DNA of 13,500 nucleotides from Myxococcota bacterium (GCA_040752415.1 JBFMGU010000282.1:1-13500), one strand, 5' to 3'; counted from the first letter of the stretch, positions 1 to 8,020 are shown. Numbers and translations: made by a program. The notes: a model not told the origin generated them from the sequence alone.

Positions 1-499
1 CGCGCGCGTACTCGACGGCCCCGAAGACCAGCTCGCGCGCGGTCTCAGGAGAAATCCTCTCGAATTCCTCCTCGTTGCGCTCCGCCAGCATCGCCACGAA
101 GTTGCGTGCCCCGGCGAGCACGAGGTCCTTGCGGCTGTAGCAGTCCTTCACGCCGAGGGCGCCGGTGTCGATGAGGAAGACGTGTCGGTCCACGCGGCTG
201 GGGGAGTCCCCCGCAATGACCACAAGCTCGACCAGGGGAAGCCCCTCCTCCTTCGCTTCCTCACGCCACTCCGGAGGTGCTCTCCCGGGGTCCGCCAGCG
301 TGACGGCCTGGCGCCAGGACCTGCTGACGTAGCACTCCAGGAACGCGGGCGGTTTCTCGACGACAGGGTGCTGACCGGCAAACTCCCGCACCACCTCGGC
401 CACCTCCGCGGCGTGCAGCTTGAGCGCCTTGCCTATCTCCTTGGGCGTGAGACCCTGCGCGCGCAGCTCCGCAATGCGCTCCCGGTGGGCGTTGTCCAT
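1..499 (-). CDS. N-terminal helix-turn-helix protein with an uncharacterised C-terminal domain (partial, continues beyond the left edge)
   Basis: Not in the ORF track. Manual translation from the ATG at 499 (AGGAG at 510-506, 6-nt spacer) is stop-free to position 1: MDNAHRERIAELRAQGLTPKEIGKALKLHAAEVAEVVREF...FLECYVSRSW...VFLIDTGALGVKDC...ISPETARELVFGAVEYAR. The N-terminus fits an HTH pattern. Confidence 0.85.
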   Translation of the reverse strand, partial: MDNAHRERIAELRAQGLTPKEIGKALKLHAAEVAEVVREFAGQHPVVEKPPAFLECYVSRSWRQAVTLADPGRAPPEWREEAKEEGLPLVELVVIAGDSPSRVDRHVFLIDTGALGVKDCYSRKDLVLAGARNFVAMLAERNEEEFERISPETARELVFGAVEYAR

Positions 500-630
500 G
501 ATTGGCTCCTGCGGTGTCGTCGGAAGCTACCCATCAGGACGCCGCGCGCAGGTGCGCTGGTGTCCAGGCCACAGGCGCGGAGCGCCGCGGTTCGATAGCA
601 TGCAGGACGTTGCGACCCCGGAACGGAGGC

Positions 631-1083
631 ATGGGAACCGTGCGTTGCCGTGACAAGGCGTGGCAGTGGGTGAACCTGGCGTCGGCGGGAGCGGTCCCGT
701 TGTCGTTGGTACCCATTCCCGGATTCTCGAGCACCAGCCTCACCGCCATCGAGGTGGCGCTCATCTACCAGGTGGCCAAGATCTACGGCGTCAGCCTCAG
801 CCAGGTGGACCTCACCGTGCTGGCGGGGACCATTGGCGTGGGGAGCCTGGCGCTGAAGGCGGGCGTGGCGGAGATGCTGAACTTCGTGCCGGTGGCGGGG
901 TGGGCGGCCAAGGCGGCCATTGCTCCGTCGGTGGTGCGCGGGATTGGCGGCCTGGTGATCAAGCACTTCGAGGACAAGTACCCCGGCCGGGAGTTCACGG
1001 CGAAGGAGTACCCCGGCGCGGCGACGACGGAGAAGAAGGACCTCGTCGTCACCGCCAAGCCGGAGTCGTCGCAGACGCACTGA
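631..1083 (+). CDS. DUF697/YcjF-like small membrane-associated protein
   Basis: Real part of ORF 502..1083. The motifs 'LVPIPG...LTAIEVALIYQVAKIYG' and 'LNFVPVAGWAAKAAIA' resemble DUF697 proteins. Start is ATG 631 or GTG 640; GGAGG at 625-629 is better spaced for 640. Confidence 0.7.
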   Translation: MGTVRCRDKAWQWVNLASAGAVPLSLVPIPGFSSTSLTAIEVALIYQVAKIYGVSLSQVDLTVLAGTIGVGSLALKAGVAEMLNFVPVAGWAAKAAIAPSVVRGIGGLVIKHFEDKYPGREFTAKEYPGAATTEKKDLVVTAKPESSQTH

Positions 1084-1162
1084 CGGCGTGCCTTCCCTCG
1101 TCGGAGCACGGCGTCCCCCTCAAGCCCAAGCCCATTCCGTTGAAGCCATGAGGCCCGTGGCG

Positions 1163-1290
1163 CGTCCCAGGATTGCCGGGCCCGCCGCGCGTTGGCCACG
1201 CTCTTGAAGCCATGGGAAGGGCCGGGTATGGAGCGCGGCCCTTGTTCCAAGAAGGCCAACGCGTTCAAGCACGCCTCGGCAAGAAGGATG
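1163..1290. other. Long imperfect rod-like inverted repeat upstream of ompH
   Basis: Nested complementary pairs: 1163-1167/1286-1290, 1173-1180/1275-1282, 1188-1197/1254-1263 (perfect 10 bp), 1202-1206/1248-1252, 1217-1224/1236-1243 (perfect 8 bp). Confidence 0.5.
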
Positions 1291-1296
1291 GCTCCC

Positions 1297-1938
1297 ATGC
1301 GCAACATTGCGCTCCCACTCGCTTTGTCCCTGCTCATTCCCGTCGCTGCGCACGCCGAGGAGGTGAAGATCGGCTACGTGGACGTCCAGCGCGCGCTCAA
1401 TGAAGTGGAGGACGGGCGCCAGGCCAAGGCCGCGCTCAAGAAGGAGTTCGACGAGAAGCAGCGCATCCTGGACGAGAAGCAGGAAGAGCTGCGCGTCATG
1501 AAGGAGGAGCTGGACAAGCAGGGCATGATGCTGAGCCCGGAAGCCAAGCAGGAGAAGCTCAACGACTTCCAGAAGCGCATGCTGGAGATGCAGCAGCTCT
1601 ACTTCAACCTGCAGCGCGATCTCTCCACGCGGGAAGCGGAGATGACCCGCGGCATCTTCGAGCGGATGAACCGCATCCTGAACCAGATTGCCGAGGAGGA
1701 AGGCTACACGGTCATCCTGGAGCGCAATGAGAGCAGCATCCTCTACGCGCGTCCGCACATGGACCTCACCAACGAGCTCATCCGGAAGTACAACAAGGAG
1801 CTGGAGAGGGAGCGGAAGGCCGCGGGTGGCAAGGGCGGCTCCGCCGGCAACGGCGCCCCGCCCGAGAAGGACAAGAAGCCCAAGAAGAAGAAGGAGGCCG
1901 CGGCTGGCACCGAGCCTCCTCCCATGGGCGGCCAGTGA
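1297..1938 (+). CDS. skp: OmpH/Skp family periplasmic outer-membrane-protein chaperone
   Basis: Signal peptide [20 protein letters not shown], then [11 protein letters not shown], a long coiled coil, [12 protein letters not shown] and [19 protein letters not shown]. Lies directly upstream of lpxD. The start may instead be ATG 1288. Confidence 0.93.
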   Translation: MRNIALPLALSLLIPVAAHAEEVKIGYVDVQRALNEVEDGRQAKAALKKEFDEKQRILDEKQEELRVMKEELDKQGMMLSPEAKQEKLNDFQKRMLEMQQLYFNLQRDLSTREAEMTRGIFERMNRILNQIAEEEGYTVILERNESSILYARPHMDLTNELIRKYNKELERERKAAGGKGGSAGNGAPPEKDKKPKKKKEAAAGTEPPPMGGQ

Positions 1939-3029
1939 TGGGCATGCGGCTTTCCGCGCTGGTGGAGGCCGTGGGCGGCCGGCTGGAACGCGCCGCCCCC
2001 TCCGACGGAGACCGCGCCATCACGCGCGTCATGACGCTGGAGGACGCGGACGGCTCCTCCATCAGCTTCATCACCAACCTGAAGTACCTGGACGCGCTCA
2101 AGACCACGCGCGCCGCCGCCGTCCTGTGCGACGCGCGCACCCTCAAGCTCCACGGCGAGCTCTTTCCCTGCCCCGTGGTGGTGACCGGCAATCCCTACCT
2201 GGCCATGGCGCAACTGGTGACGGAGCTGCACCCCGCTCCGCGCCATCCCGTGGGCGTGAACCCGCTCGCCGTGGTGCACCCGGAGGCCGTGCTGGGAGCG
2301 GGCGTGACGGTGATGGCGCTGGCCTGCGTGGGCAAGGCGCGCATTGGCGCGGGCAGCGTGATCTACCCGCACGTCTTCATTGACGACGACGTGGAAATCG
2401 GCCCCGACGCGCTCATCTACCCGGGCTGCGTCATCATGCGCGGCACGCGGGTGGGCGCCAGGGTCATCCTCCAGCCGTCGTGCGTCATTGGCAGCGACGG
2501 ATTCGGGTTTGCGCCGGACCGTGAAGGGCGCATGCACAAGATCCCGCAGGTGGGCAACGTGGTCCTGGGTGACGACGTGGAGATTGGCGCCTGCACCACC
2601 ATTGACCGCGCCGCGCTGGGCAGCACGCGCATCTCCAACGGCACCAAGTTGGACAACCAGGTGCAGGTTGCGCACAACGTGGTGCTTGGTGAAAACGTGG
2701 TGATGGCGGGACAGAGCGCGGTGGCGGGCAGCTCGCGACTTGGCAGGAGCGTGATGATTGGCGGCGGCTCGGGAGTGGGGGGCCACCTGACCATGCATGA
2801 CGGGTCCAAGCTCACCGGGGGCAGCTTTGTCATGCATGACGTCCCGGCCGGTGAAACGTGGATGGGCGCGCCCGCTTTCAACCACATCAGTCGCGCCAAG
2901 GCGGAGATCCACTACCGCCACCTGGACGAACACGTCCGCACCCTCAAGCAACTTCAGAAACGCGTGGCCACACTGGAAGCGCAGCTGGCCGGCGCCCCGA
3001 AGGCCGCGGGTGAAGGAGAGAAGTCATGA
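1938..3029 (+). CDS. lpxD: UDP-3-O-(3-hydroxyacyl)glucosamine N-acyltransferase LpxD
   Basis: [17 protein letters not shown], hexapeptide repeats, [45 protein letters not shown] (catalytic His) and GHL. The start overlaps the ompH stop (TGATG); alternatives are GTG 1935 or ATG 1944. Confidence 0.96.
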   Translation: MGMRLSALVEAVGGRLERAAPSDGDRAITRVMTLEDADGSSISFITNLKYLDALKTTRAAAVLCDARTLKLHGELFPCPVVVTGNPYLAMAQLVTELHPAPRHPVGVNPLAVVHPEAVLGAGVTVMALACVGKARIGAGSVIYPHVFIDDDVEIGPDALIYPGCVIMRGTRVGARVILQPSCVIGSDGFGFAPDREGRMHKIPQVGNVVLGDDVEIGACTTIDRAALGSTRISNGTKLDNQVQVAHNVVLGENVVMAGQSAVAGSSRLGRSVMIGGGSGVGGHLTMHDGSKLTGGSFVMHDVPAGETWMGAPAFNHISRAKAEIHYRHLDEHVRTLKQLQKRVATLEAQLAGAPKAAGEGEKS

Positions 3030-3397
3030 GCACCAACCAGGTTCCCCGTCGGGTGGAGAAGCCCTGGGGTCACGAGCTGATCTGGGCCCACACCGACCGC
3101 TACGTGGGGAAGGTCCTGCACATCAAGGCGGGCCACGCGCTCAGCCTGCAATACCACATCGTCAAGGATGAGACGCTGCACTGCCTCTCCGGCCAGATGG
3201 AGCTGGAGCTCGACGAGGGCAAGGGCTTCTACAAGCGCATGCTGAACCCCGGGGAGAGCTACCACGTCAAGCCGGGCACCAAGCACCGCATGACCGCCAT
3301 CACCGACACCGACATCCTGGAAGCCTCCACCGCCGAGCTCAATGACGTGGTCCGCCTGGAGGACCGCTACGGCCGCGTGGGCACCAGCGCGCCCTGA
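3026..3397 (+). CDS. Single-domain cupin protein (ManC/mannose-6-phosphate isomerase C-terminal-like)
   Basis: [12 protein letters not shown]...[18 protein letters not shown]...PGTKHRMTA...ILEAST...[11 protein letters not shown], with cupin metal ligands H, E, H. ATGA overlap with lpxD. Confidence 0.88.
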   Translation: MSTNQVPRRVEKPWGHELIWAHTDRYVGKVLHIKAGHALSLQYHIVKDETLHCLSGQMELELDEGKGFYKRMLNPGESYHVKPGTKHRMTAITDTDILEASTAELNDVVRLEDRYGRVGTSAP

Positions 3398-3452
3398 TCA
3401 CGCAGCACCCTGCGCAAACCGGGCACCGCACCTGAGGCGCCCGCGCATCACC

Positions 3453-3519
3453 CCTGGCGGCGGCAACGGTGTGTGGCGCGTGTGAAGACCGTGCGTCGCC
3501 ACGCACCCCGCCACCCAGG
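3453..3519. other. GC-rich imperfect hairpin downstream of the cupin gene (possible terminator or mRNA-stabilising stem)
   Basis: Pairs 3453-3457/3515-3519, 3459-3463/3508-3512 and 3468-3478/3497-3507 (one G-U). No adjacent U-tract. Confidence 0.35.
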
Positions 3520-3674
3520 CGCGCCAACCCCTGGTCCCAACTGCGCTTTTGCTCCCTGCATCAGACGTTGCGTCGGTGGGTTGCCGACCTGCAACGCGTG
3601 AACATCCGGCAACACTGTGGCCGGGAATTCACGAATGCGCGTGACACGTTCACGCAGACGTCCAGCTTTGCCTA

Positions 3675-3690
3675 TGGCATAGTGTCTGCT
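3675..3690 (+). promoter_or_regulatory. Putative sigma54 (RpoN) -24/-12 promoter
   Basis: TGGCATAGTGTCTGCT: GG at 3676-3677 and GC at 3688-3689 with the exact N10 spacing, close to TGGCACG-N4-TTGCW, about 95 nt upstream of ATG 3785. Palindromes lie upstream. Confidence 0.65.
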
Positions 3691-3784
3691 TGGTTGTCGC
3701 GACGTTCCGGGGCGGGCGGGGGCGCTCGTTTCCGGCGAACCATGAGGGTGTTGCGGCGCCAGGCTGCACACCAGGGAGCTCAAA

Positions 3785-5785
3785 ATGAAGCGTCAGTGGC
3801 TTGCCTTGCCGGCATTGGTGGCGCTGTTGGCCTGTGAACCGGCGCAGCGTTCCATCGGTCCCGGCAGCCATCCGCAGTCGGGCACCGTGCAGATTTCCCG
3901 GGACGGTCGCTTGGTGTTCGTCCTCAGTGAGGATCACAAGGCGGTCTTCGTCCACGACCGGGAGAGCGGGCAGACGCTCCGCCAGGTCGAGGTGGGCGAG
4001 GGTCCGGTGGCCATGACGCTGATGGATGACGGGAAGCTGGCGGTGGCCAACAAGCTGGATGGCACCGTCTCCCTGGTGAACCCTGACGGCGCCGAGGAGA
4101 ACCGCATTGCGGTGGGCACGGAGCCCACGGCGCTGGTGCAGCGCGGTGACAAGCTGGTGGTGGTGCTGAGCGGCGACCACGCGCTGGCGGAAGTGGACCC
4201 GCGCGCCGGCCAGGTGACGCGCACCATCCCGCTGCAGCTGGAGCACCCGCGCGGCATTGCGCTGCTGGCCAACGGTGACATCTACGTCACGCACTTCTAC
4301 GCGGGCCGCATTGCCGTGGTGGACATGGAGGCGGGCGCCGTGACCCGGCACATCCCGCTCAACATGCCCAGCAACCCGCTGCTCTACCCCAACCAGCTCT
4401 CCTCCATGACCACCAACCCCGACGGGGACGAGGTCAGCGCGCCGCACAACGAGTCCAACAACGACCCGGGCAACCTGCAGAACGGCGGCCAGAACACCGG
4501 CGCGTACTACGTGCAGGGTCCCAGCGGCATGCCGGCGGTGGTCGGCAGCATTGCCACCGTGGACACGCGCACGCACGTGGCCACCAGCGACACCGACAAG
4601 CCCACCTTCGCCACCTGCAGCACCTGCGGCAACGGCAACACCACGGGTGAGGCGCCCAAGAAGAATGACCCGTCCGTGGCCGCGCCGCCGCCCTCGGTGT
4701 TCAACGTGCTGGACCCGCGCTTTGGCGACGCGCTCATGAACGGCCCGGTGGCGGTGGCGTATGTGGATGGTGGTCGCGGGAAGATGGTGGTGTTCCGCGG
4801 CACCAACAACGTGATGCTCATGCGCACGCGCGTCTACGGGGACCAGAACCCGATGATCGCGCAGTTCCCGGTGGGCGCCGGCGCCAACGGCATTGCGGTC
4901 TCTCCCGACGGGAAGAAGGCGTATGTCTGGTCGCAGTTCGACTACAAGCTGCACGAGATCGACGTGCCGATGGTGGAGGAGCCGACGACCAAGGAGAACA
5001 GCCTGGGCGTGGCCGGTCCGGACCAGAGCGCCAAGAGCCAGCAGGTGACCAACAACGGCAACATCGAGAAGCGGGGCACCGCGCGGGACCTGCTCGTCAC
5101 CTCGGTGCGGCCGTTGTCTCCGGCGGTGGAGCGTGGTCGTCGGCTGTTCTTTGACGCCACCAACCCGGCGCTGACCTTCAAGGGCGCGGTGAGCTGCCAG
5201 GGCTGCCACCCGGACGGCCGCAGCGACGGCATGCGCTGGACCTTTGGCACCGCCAAGATCCGCAACACCCCGCAGCTGGGCGGCCGCATCAGCGAGACCG
5301 CGCCGTTCCACTGGGACGGGGACCGCCCGGAGAAGGCCTCCATGAACATGACCGTGGAGTTCTTCATGGCCGGCACGGGCCTGGCGGAGAACCAGATCGA
5401 GGACCTGTTCTCGTTCATTGACACCATCCCGGTGGCCCGGAGCCCGGTGGTGGGTCGCGCGGAGCTGGCGGCGTCCATTGCGCGCGGCGCCGAGATCTTC
5501 TTCTCCACCGAGACCAGGTGCGCCGACTGCCACACCGGCAACCTGTACACGGACAACCTGGCGTGGGACGTGGGCACCTCCAACCTGGAGCAGGGCGTGC
5601 GGTTTGGGACGCCGGTGCTGGCGGGTGTGGCGGCCAGCGCGCCGTACTTCCACGACGGTCGTGAGGATGCCGCCACGCTGGAGCAGATGGTGGACAACTA
5701 CGTCCGCACCGACAAGATGGGCGTGGGCTCCCACCTCAACGACCAGCAGGCCAGGGACCTGGTCAACTTCCTGAAGTCGCTCTGA
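3785..5785 (+). CDS. Lipoprotein with a YVTN/YncE-type beta-propeller and a C-terminal di-haem cytochrome c (bCcP/MauG superfamily) domain, paralogue 1
   Basis: RBS GGAG 3775-3778; lipobox LLAC; propeller blades (VEVGEGP, IAVGTEP, PVGAGANGIAVSPDGKKAYV); CQGCH at 5195-5209 and CADCH at 5519-5533; GRRLFF, RNTPQL, PFHWDG, TPVLAGVAASAPYFHDG, DLVNFLKSL. Confidence 0.9.
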   Translation: MKRQWLALPALVALLACEPAQRSIGPGSHPQSGTVQISRDGRLVFVLSEDHKAVFVHDRESGQTLRQVEVGEGPVAMTLMDDGKLAVANKLDGTVSLVNPDGAEENRIAVGTEPTALVQRGDKLVVVLSGDHALAEVDPRAGQVTRTIPLQLEHPRGIALLANGDIYVTHFYAGRIAVVDMEAGAVTRHIPLNMPSNPLLYPNQLSSMTTNPDGDEVSAPHNESNNDPGNLQNGGQNTGAYYVQGPSGMPAVVGSIATVDTRTHVATSDTDKPTFATCSTCGNGNTTGEAPKKNDPSVAAPPPSVFNVLDPRFGDALMNGPVAVAYVDGGRGKMVVFRGTNNVMLMRTRVYGDQNPMIAQFPVGAGANGIAVSPDGKKAYVWSQFDYKLHEIDVPMVEEPTTKENSLGVAGPDQSAKSQQVTNNGNIEKRGTARDLLVTSVRPLSPAVERGRRLFFDATNPALTFKGAVSCQGCHPDGRSDGMRWTFGTAKIRNTPQLGGRISETAPFHWDGDRPEKASMNMTVEFFMAGTGLAENQIEDLFSFIDTIPVARSPVVGRAELAASIARGAEIFFSTETRCADCHTGNLYTDNLAWDVGTSNLEQGVRFGTPVLAGVAASAPYFHDGREDAATLEQMVDNYVRTDKMGVGSHLNDQQARDLVNFLKSL

Positions 5786-5810
5786 AAGCCAACACCAAGC
5801 GCTGAATCCC

Positions 5811-5855
5811 GGCTGCGCCCCATCCCTGACACCCGGGGGTGGGGCGCAGTTGTTT
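5811..5855 (+). terminator. Probable intrinsic terminator after paralogue 1
   Basis: Stem 5811-5827/5835-5851 (GGCTGCGCCCCATCCCT / GGGGGTGGGGCGCAGTT, with G-U pairs), 7-nt loop, T-rich TTGTTT at the 3' base. Confidence 0.6.
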
Positions 5856-5957
5856 CCGCCTTCGCGCAACTTCGTGATGTAGGTGCGCGTCGACGCTACA
5901 AAACTGCGTTGCGCCGTGGCAGCATCTGCGCGGGCATCACCCTCGGAGGAGGTTCAC

Positions 5958-7949
5958 GTGAAGAGATTGCATCCTGGTGCGCTGCTGCTGTCCGCCGCCG
6001 TGCTGGCCTGTGAGCCGGGCGCGCGCTCGCATGATCCTGCCAGCGCGCCGCAAAGCAGCACCATAGGCGCTCTCAGCGACGGAACCATCGTGGCGCTGGA
6101 CGCCGACCACGACGCGCTGGTGTTCCTGGGACGCAACGGCGGCCAGCCGCAGAGCGTGGCGGTGGGTCGCGCCCCCTCCCAGCTGACGGTGCGCGGCGAC
6201 ATGGTGGCGGTGTCCAACCGCTACGGCCGCAGCGTGTCACTGGTGAGCACCAGGGACCGCACCGTGTTGCGCACCATCAACGTGGGCGTGGAGCCCGTGG
6301 GCCTGGCCTTCCTCCCAGACGGACGCCTCGCCGTGGCGCTCGCCGGTGAGCAGGCGCTGGCGATTGTCGACGTCAACGCGGGCGCGGTGACCGAGCGCAT
6401 GGCGCTGCGCCACGCCAACCCGCGCGCGGTGGCCGTCCTCCCCGACGGAAAGATCTACGTGACCCACACCCTGAAGGGTGAGCTGAGCGTGGTGCGTCCG
6501 GACCAGTCCAGCGTGGAGGCCCTGCCGGTGGAGCTGCGCGTGCCCTCCACGCCGCTCAACGCCAGCCTGCTGACCAACCTCACCGTCAGCCCCGACGGCA
6601 ACGAGCTCAGCACCACGCACGTCAACCTCAACAACGAGAGCCTGCGCCCGGACCCCAACCAGGGCGGCGGCGGCTACCAGGGCACGCCCGAGCAGCTCCC
6701 CGGCGTGAACCCCACGGTGACACTGGTGGATCCGGGTCGCGACGTGATGGTCTCCGACGCCACCGCGCAGGACGAGCCCATGATGCGTGACGGCTGCTTT
6801 GAGGGGTGTGGTGCTTCTCCGCAGCCCGCCACCGCGCAGGATGACCAGGACAGCCAGCCCACCAGCGCGCTGCTCAGCAACCGCAATGGGCAGCTGCAGG
6901 GCCGGCAGATCAATGAGCCGGTGGCGTCCGCGTACCTCGACGGTGGTCGCGGGTTTGCGGTGCTGGGGCGCGGCAGCCGGAACGTGATGATCTGGCGTCG
7001 GGATGAGCGCGGCAACCGCAAGGAGCTGGTGAAGGTGGTCTCCGTGGGCCACGGCGCCGACGGCCTGGCGGTGACCCCCGACGGCAAGCAGCTCCTGGTG
7101 CACAACGCGTTCGACCTCACCGTGGACGTCATTGACGTTCCGCTGTTTGACGACGAGAAGACCGCCCAGGGCGGCATGCTGCGCAGCCCGCGCGCCAGCG
7201 AGCCGGTGAAGAAGGTTGGCGTCGCCGACGAGCGCCCCGCCGCCACGTTGAAGATCGCCGACGTGACGCTGCCGGCGAACGTGCAGGAAGGCCGCAAGCT
7301 GTTCTTCGACGCCACCAACGCCAGCATGACCGGCCTGTCCAACGGCGCAATGGGCATCAGCTGCGGCACGTGCCACGTGGATGGTCGCAATGACGGCCGC
7401 AACTGGCAGTTCATCGACGGTCCGCGCAACACGCCCAGCCTGGCGGGCGCGGCGCCGGGTCGCACCGGCATTGCCACCACCACCGCGCCGCTGCACTGGG
7501 GCGGGGAGCTGGAGAACCACCGCGCCCTGCAGCGCACGGTGACGGAGTTCATGGGCGGCTCCGGCCTCTCGGCAAACCAGCTGGACCAGCTGGCCGCGTT
7601 CATCGACACCATCCCGGAGCCGGACAACGTGTACCGCACCAAGGAGGAGCTCCTGGCCCAACTGCAGCGCGGCGAGGAGCTGTTCCATGACCCGGTGGTG
7701 GGCTGCACGGAATGCCACCAGGGCGAGCACCGCACCGACAACCGGAGCTGGGACGTGGGGACCGGCATGCGCGTGCAGACCCCGGTGCTGCACGGCGTGC
7801 ACCTCACCGCGCCGTACCTCCACGACGGCAGCGCCCCCACGCTGGAGGACCTGCTGGACCGGCTGGTGCGCTCCAACCTGATGGGTCGTGGGGATCACCT
7901 CAGCGACGACGACATGGCGGCGCTGGCGGCATACCTGCGCTCGCTCTGA
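5958..7949 (+). CDS. Lipoprotein with a beta-propeller and a di-haem cytochrome c (bCcP/MauG superfamily) domain, paralogue 2
   Basis: GTG start at 5958 behind GGAGGAGG (5945-5952) gives MKRLHPGALLLSAAVLAC (lipobox). CGTCH at 7362-7376 and CTECH at 7704-7718; GRKLFFDATN, RNTPSL, PLHWGG, TAPYLHDGSAPTL, ALAAYLRSL. Confidence 0.9.
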   Translation: MKRLHPGALLLSAAVLACEPGARSHDPASAPQSSTIGALSDGTIVALDADHDALVFLGRNGGQPQSVAVGRAPSQLTVRGDMVAVSNRYGRSVSLVSTRDRTVLRTINVGVEPVGLAFLPDGRLAVALAGEQALAIVDVNAGAVTERMALRHANPRAVAVLPDGKIYVTHTLKGELSVVRPDQSSVEALPVELRVPSTPLNASLLTNLTVSPDGNELSTTHVNLNNESLRPDPNQGGGGYQGTPEQLPGVNPTVTLVDPGRDVMVSDATAQDEPMMRDGCFEGCGASPQPATAQDDQDSQPTSALLSNRNGQLQGRQINEPVASAYLDGGRGFAVLGRGSRNVMIWRRDERGNRKELVKVVSVGHGADGLAVTPDGKQLLVHNAFDLTVDVIDVPLFDDEKTAQGGMLRSPRASEPVKKVGVADERPAATLKIADVTLPANVQEGRKLFFDATNASMTGLSNGAMGISCGTCHVDGRNDGRNWQFIDGPRNTPSLAGAAPGRTGIATTTAPLHWGGELENHRALQRTVTEFMGGSGLSANQLDQLAAFIDTIPEPDNVYRTKEELLAQLQRGEELFHDPVVGCTECHQGEHRTDNRSWDVGTGMRVQTPVLHGVHLTAPYLHDGSAPTLEDLLDRLVRSNLMGRGDHLSDDDMAALAAYLRSL

Positions 7950-7972
7950 GCCTTCCCGACAACGTGGTGCCC

Positions 7973-8020
7973 CCAGGGCGCGGGTCCAGGTGAAGCTGCC
8001 TGGCTCGCGCCTTGGCATTT
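7973..8020 (+). terminator. Possible terminator hairpin after paralogue 2
   Basis: Stem 7973-7992/7997-8015 (one bulge, some G-U) followed by CATTT, a weak U-tract. Confidence 0.45.

Noticed and set aside
148..653. ORFs 148..381, 182..598, 420..653 and the 502-630 extension of the DUF697-like ORF
   Set aside because: They overlap the better-supported minus-strand HTH gene or the intergenic region, and have low-information translations.
1140..1290. CRISPR array, tRNA, SRP RNA or 6S RNA
   Set aside because: Only two exact 11-bp repeats, no cas genes, no cloverleaf or SRP motif, and shorter than a typical 6S RNA and outside its usual context.
3339..3837. Small ORFs in the cupin-cytochrome intergenic region
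   Set aside because: No clear RBS or motifs; the region is better explained by hairpins and a sigma54 promoter.
5917..5931. TGGC-N9-GC as a sigma54 promoter for paralogue 2, with nearby palindromes (GCGCAAC/GTTGCGC, TGTAG/CTACA)
   Set aside because: The GG-N10-GC spacing fits, but the -12 element is GCGC rather than TTGC, which is easily matched by chance at this GC content.
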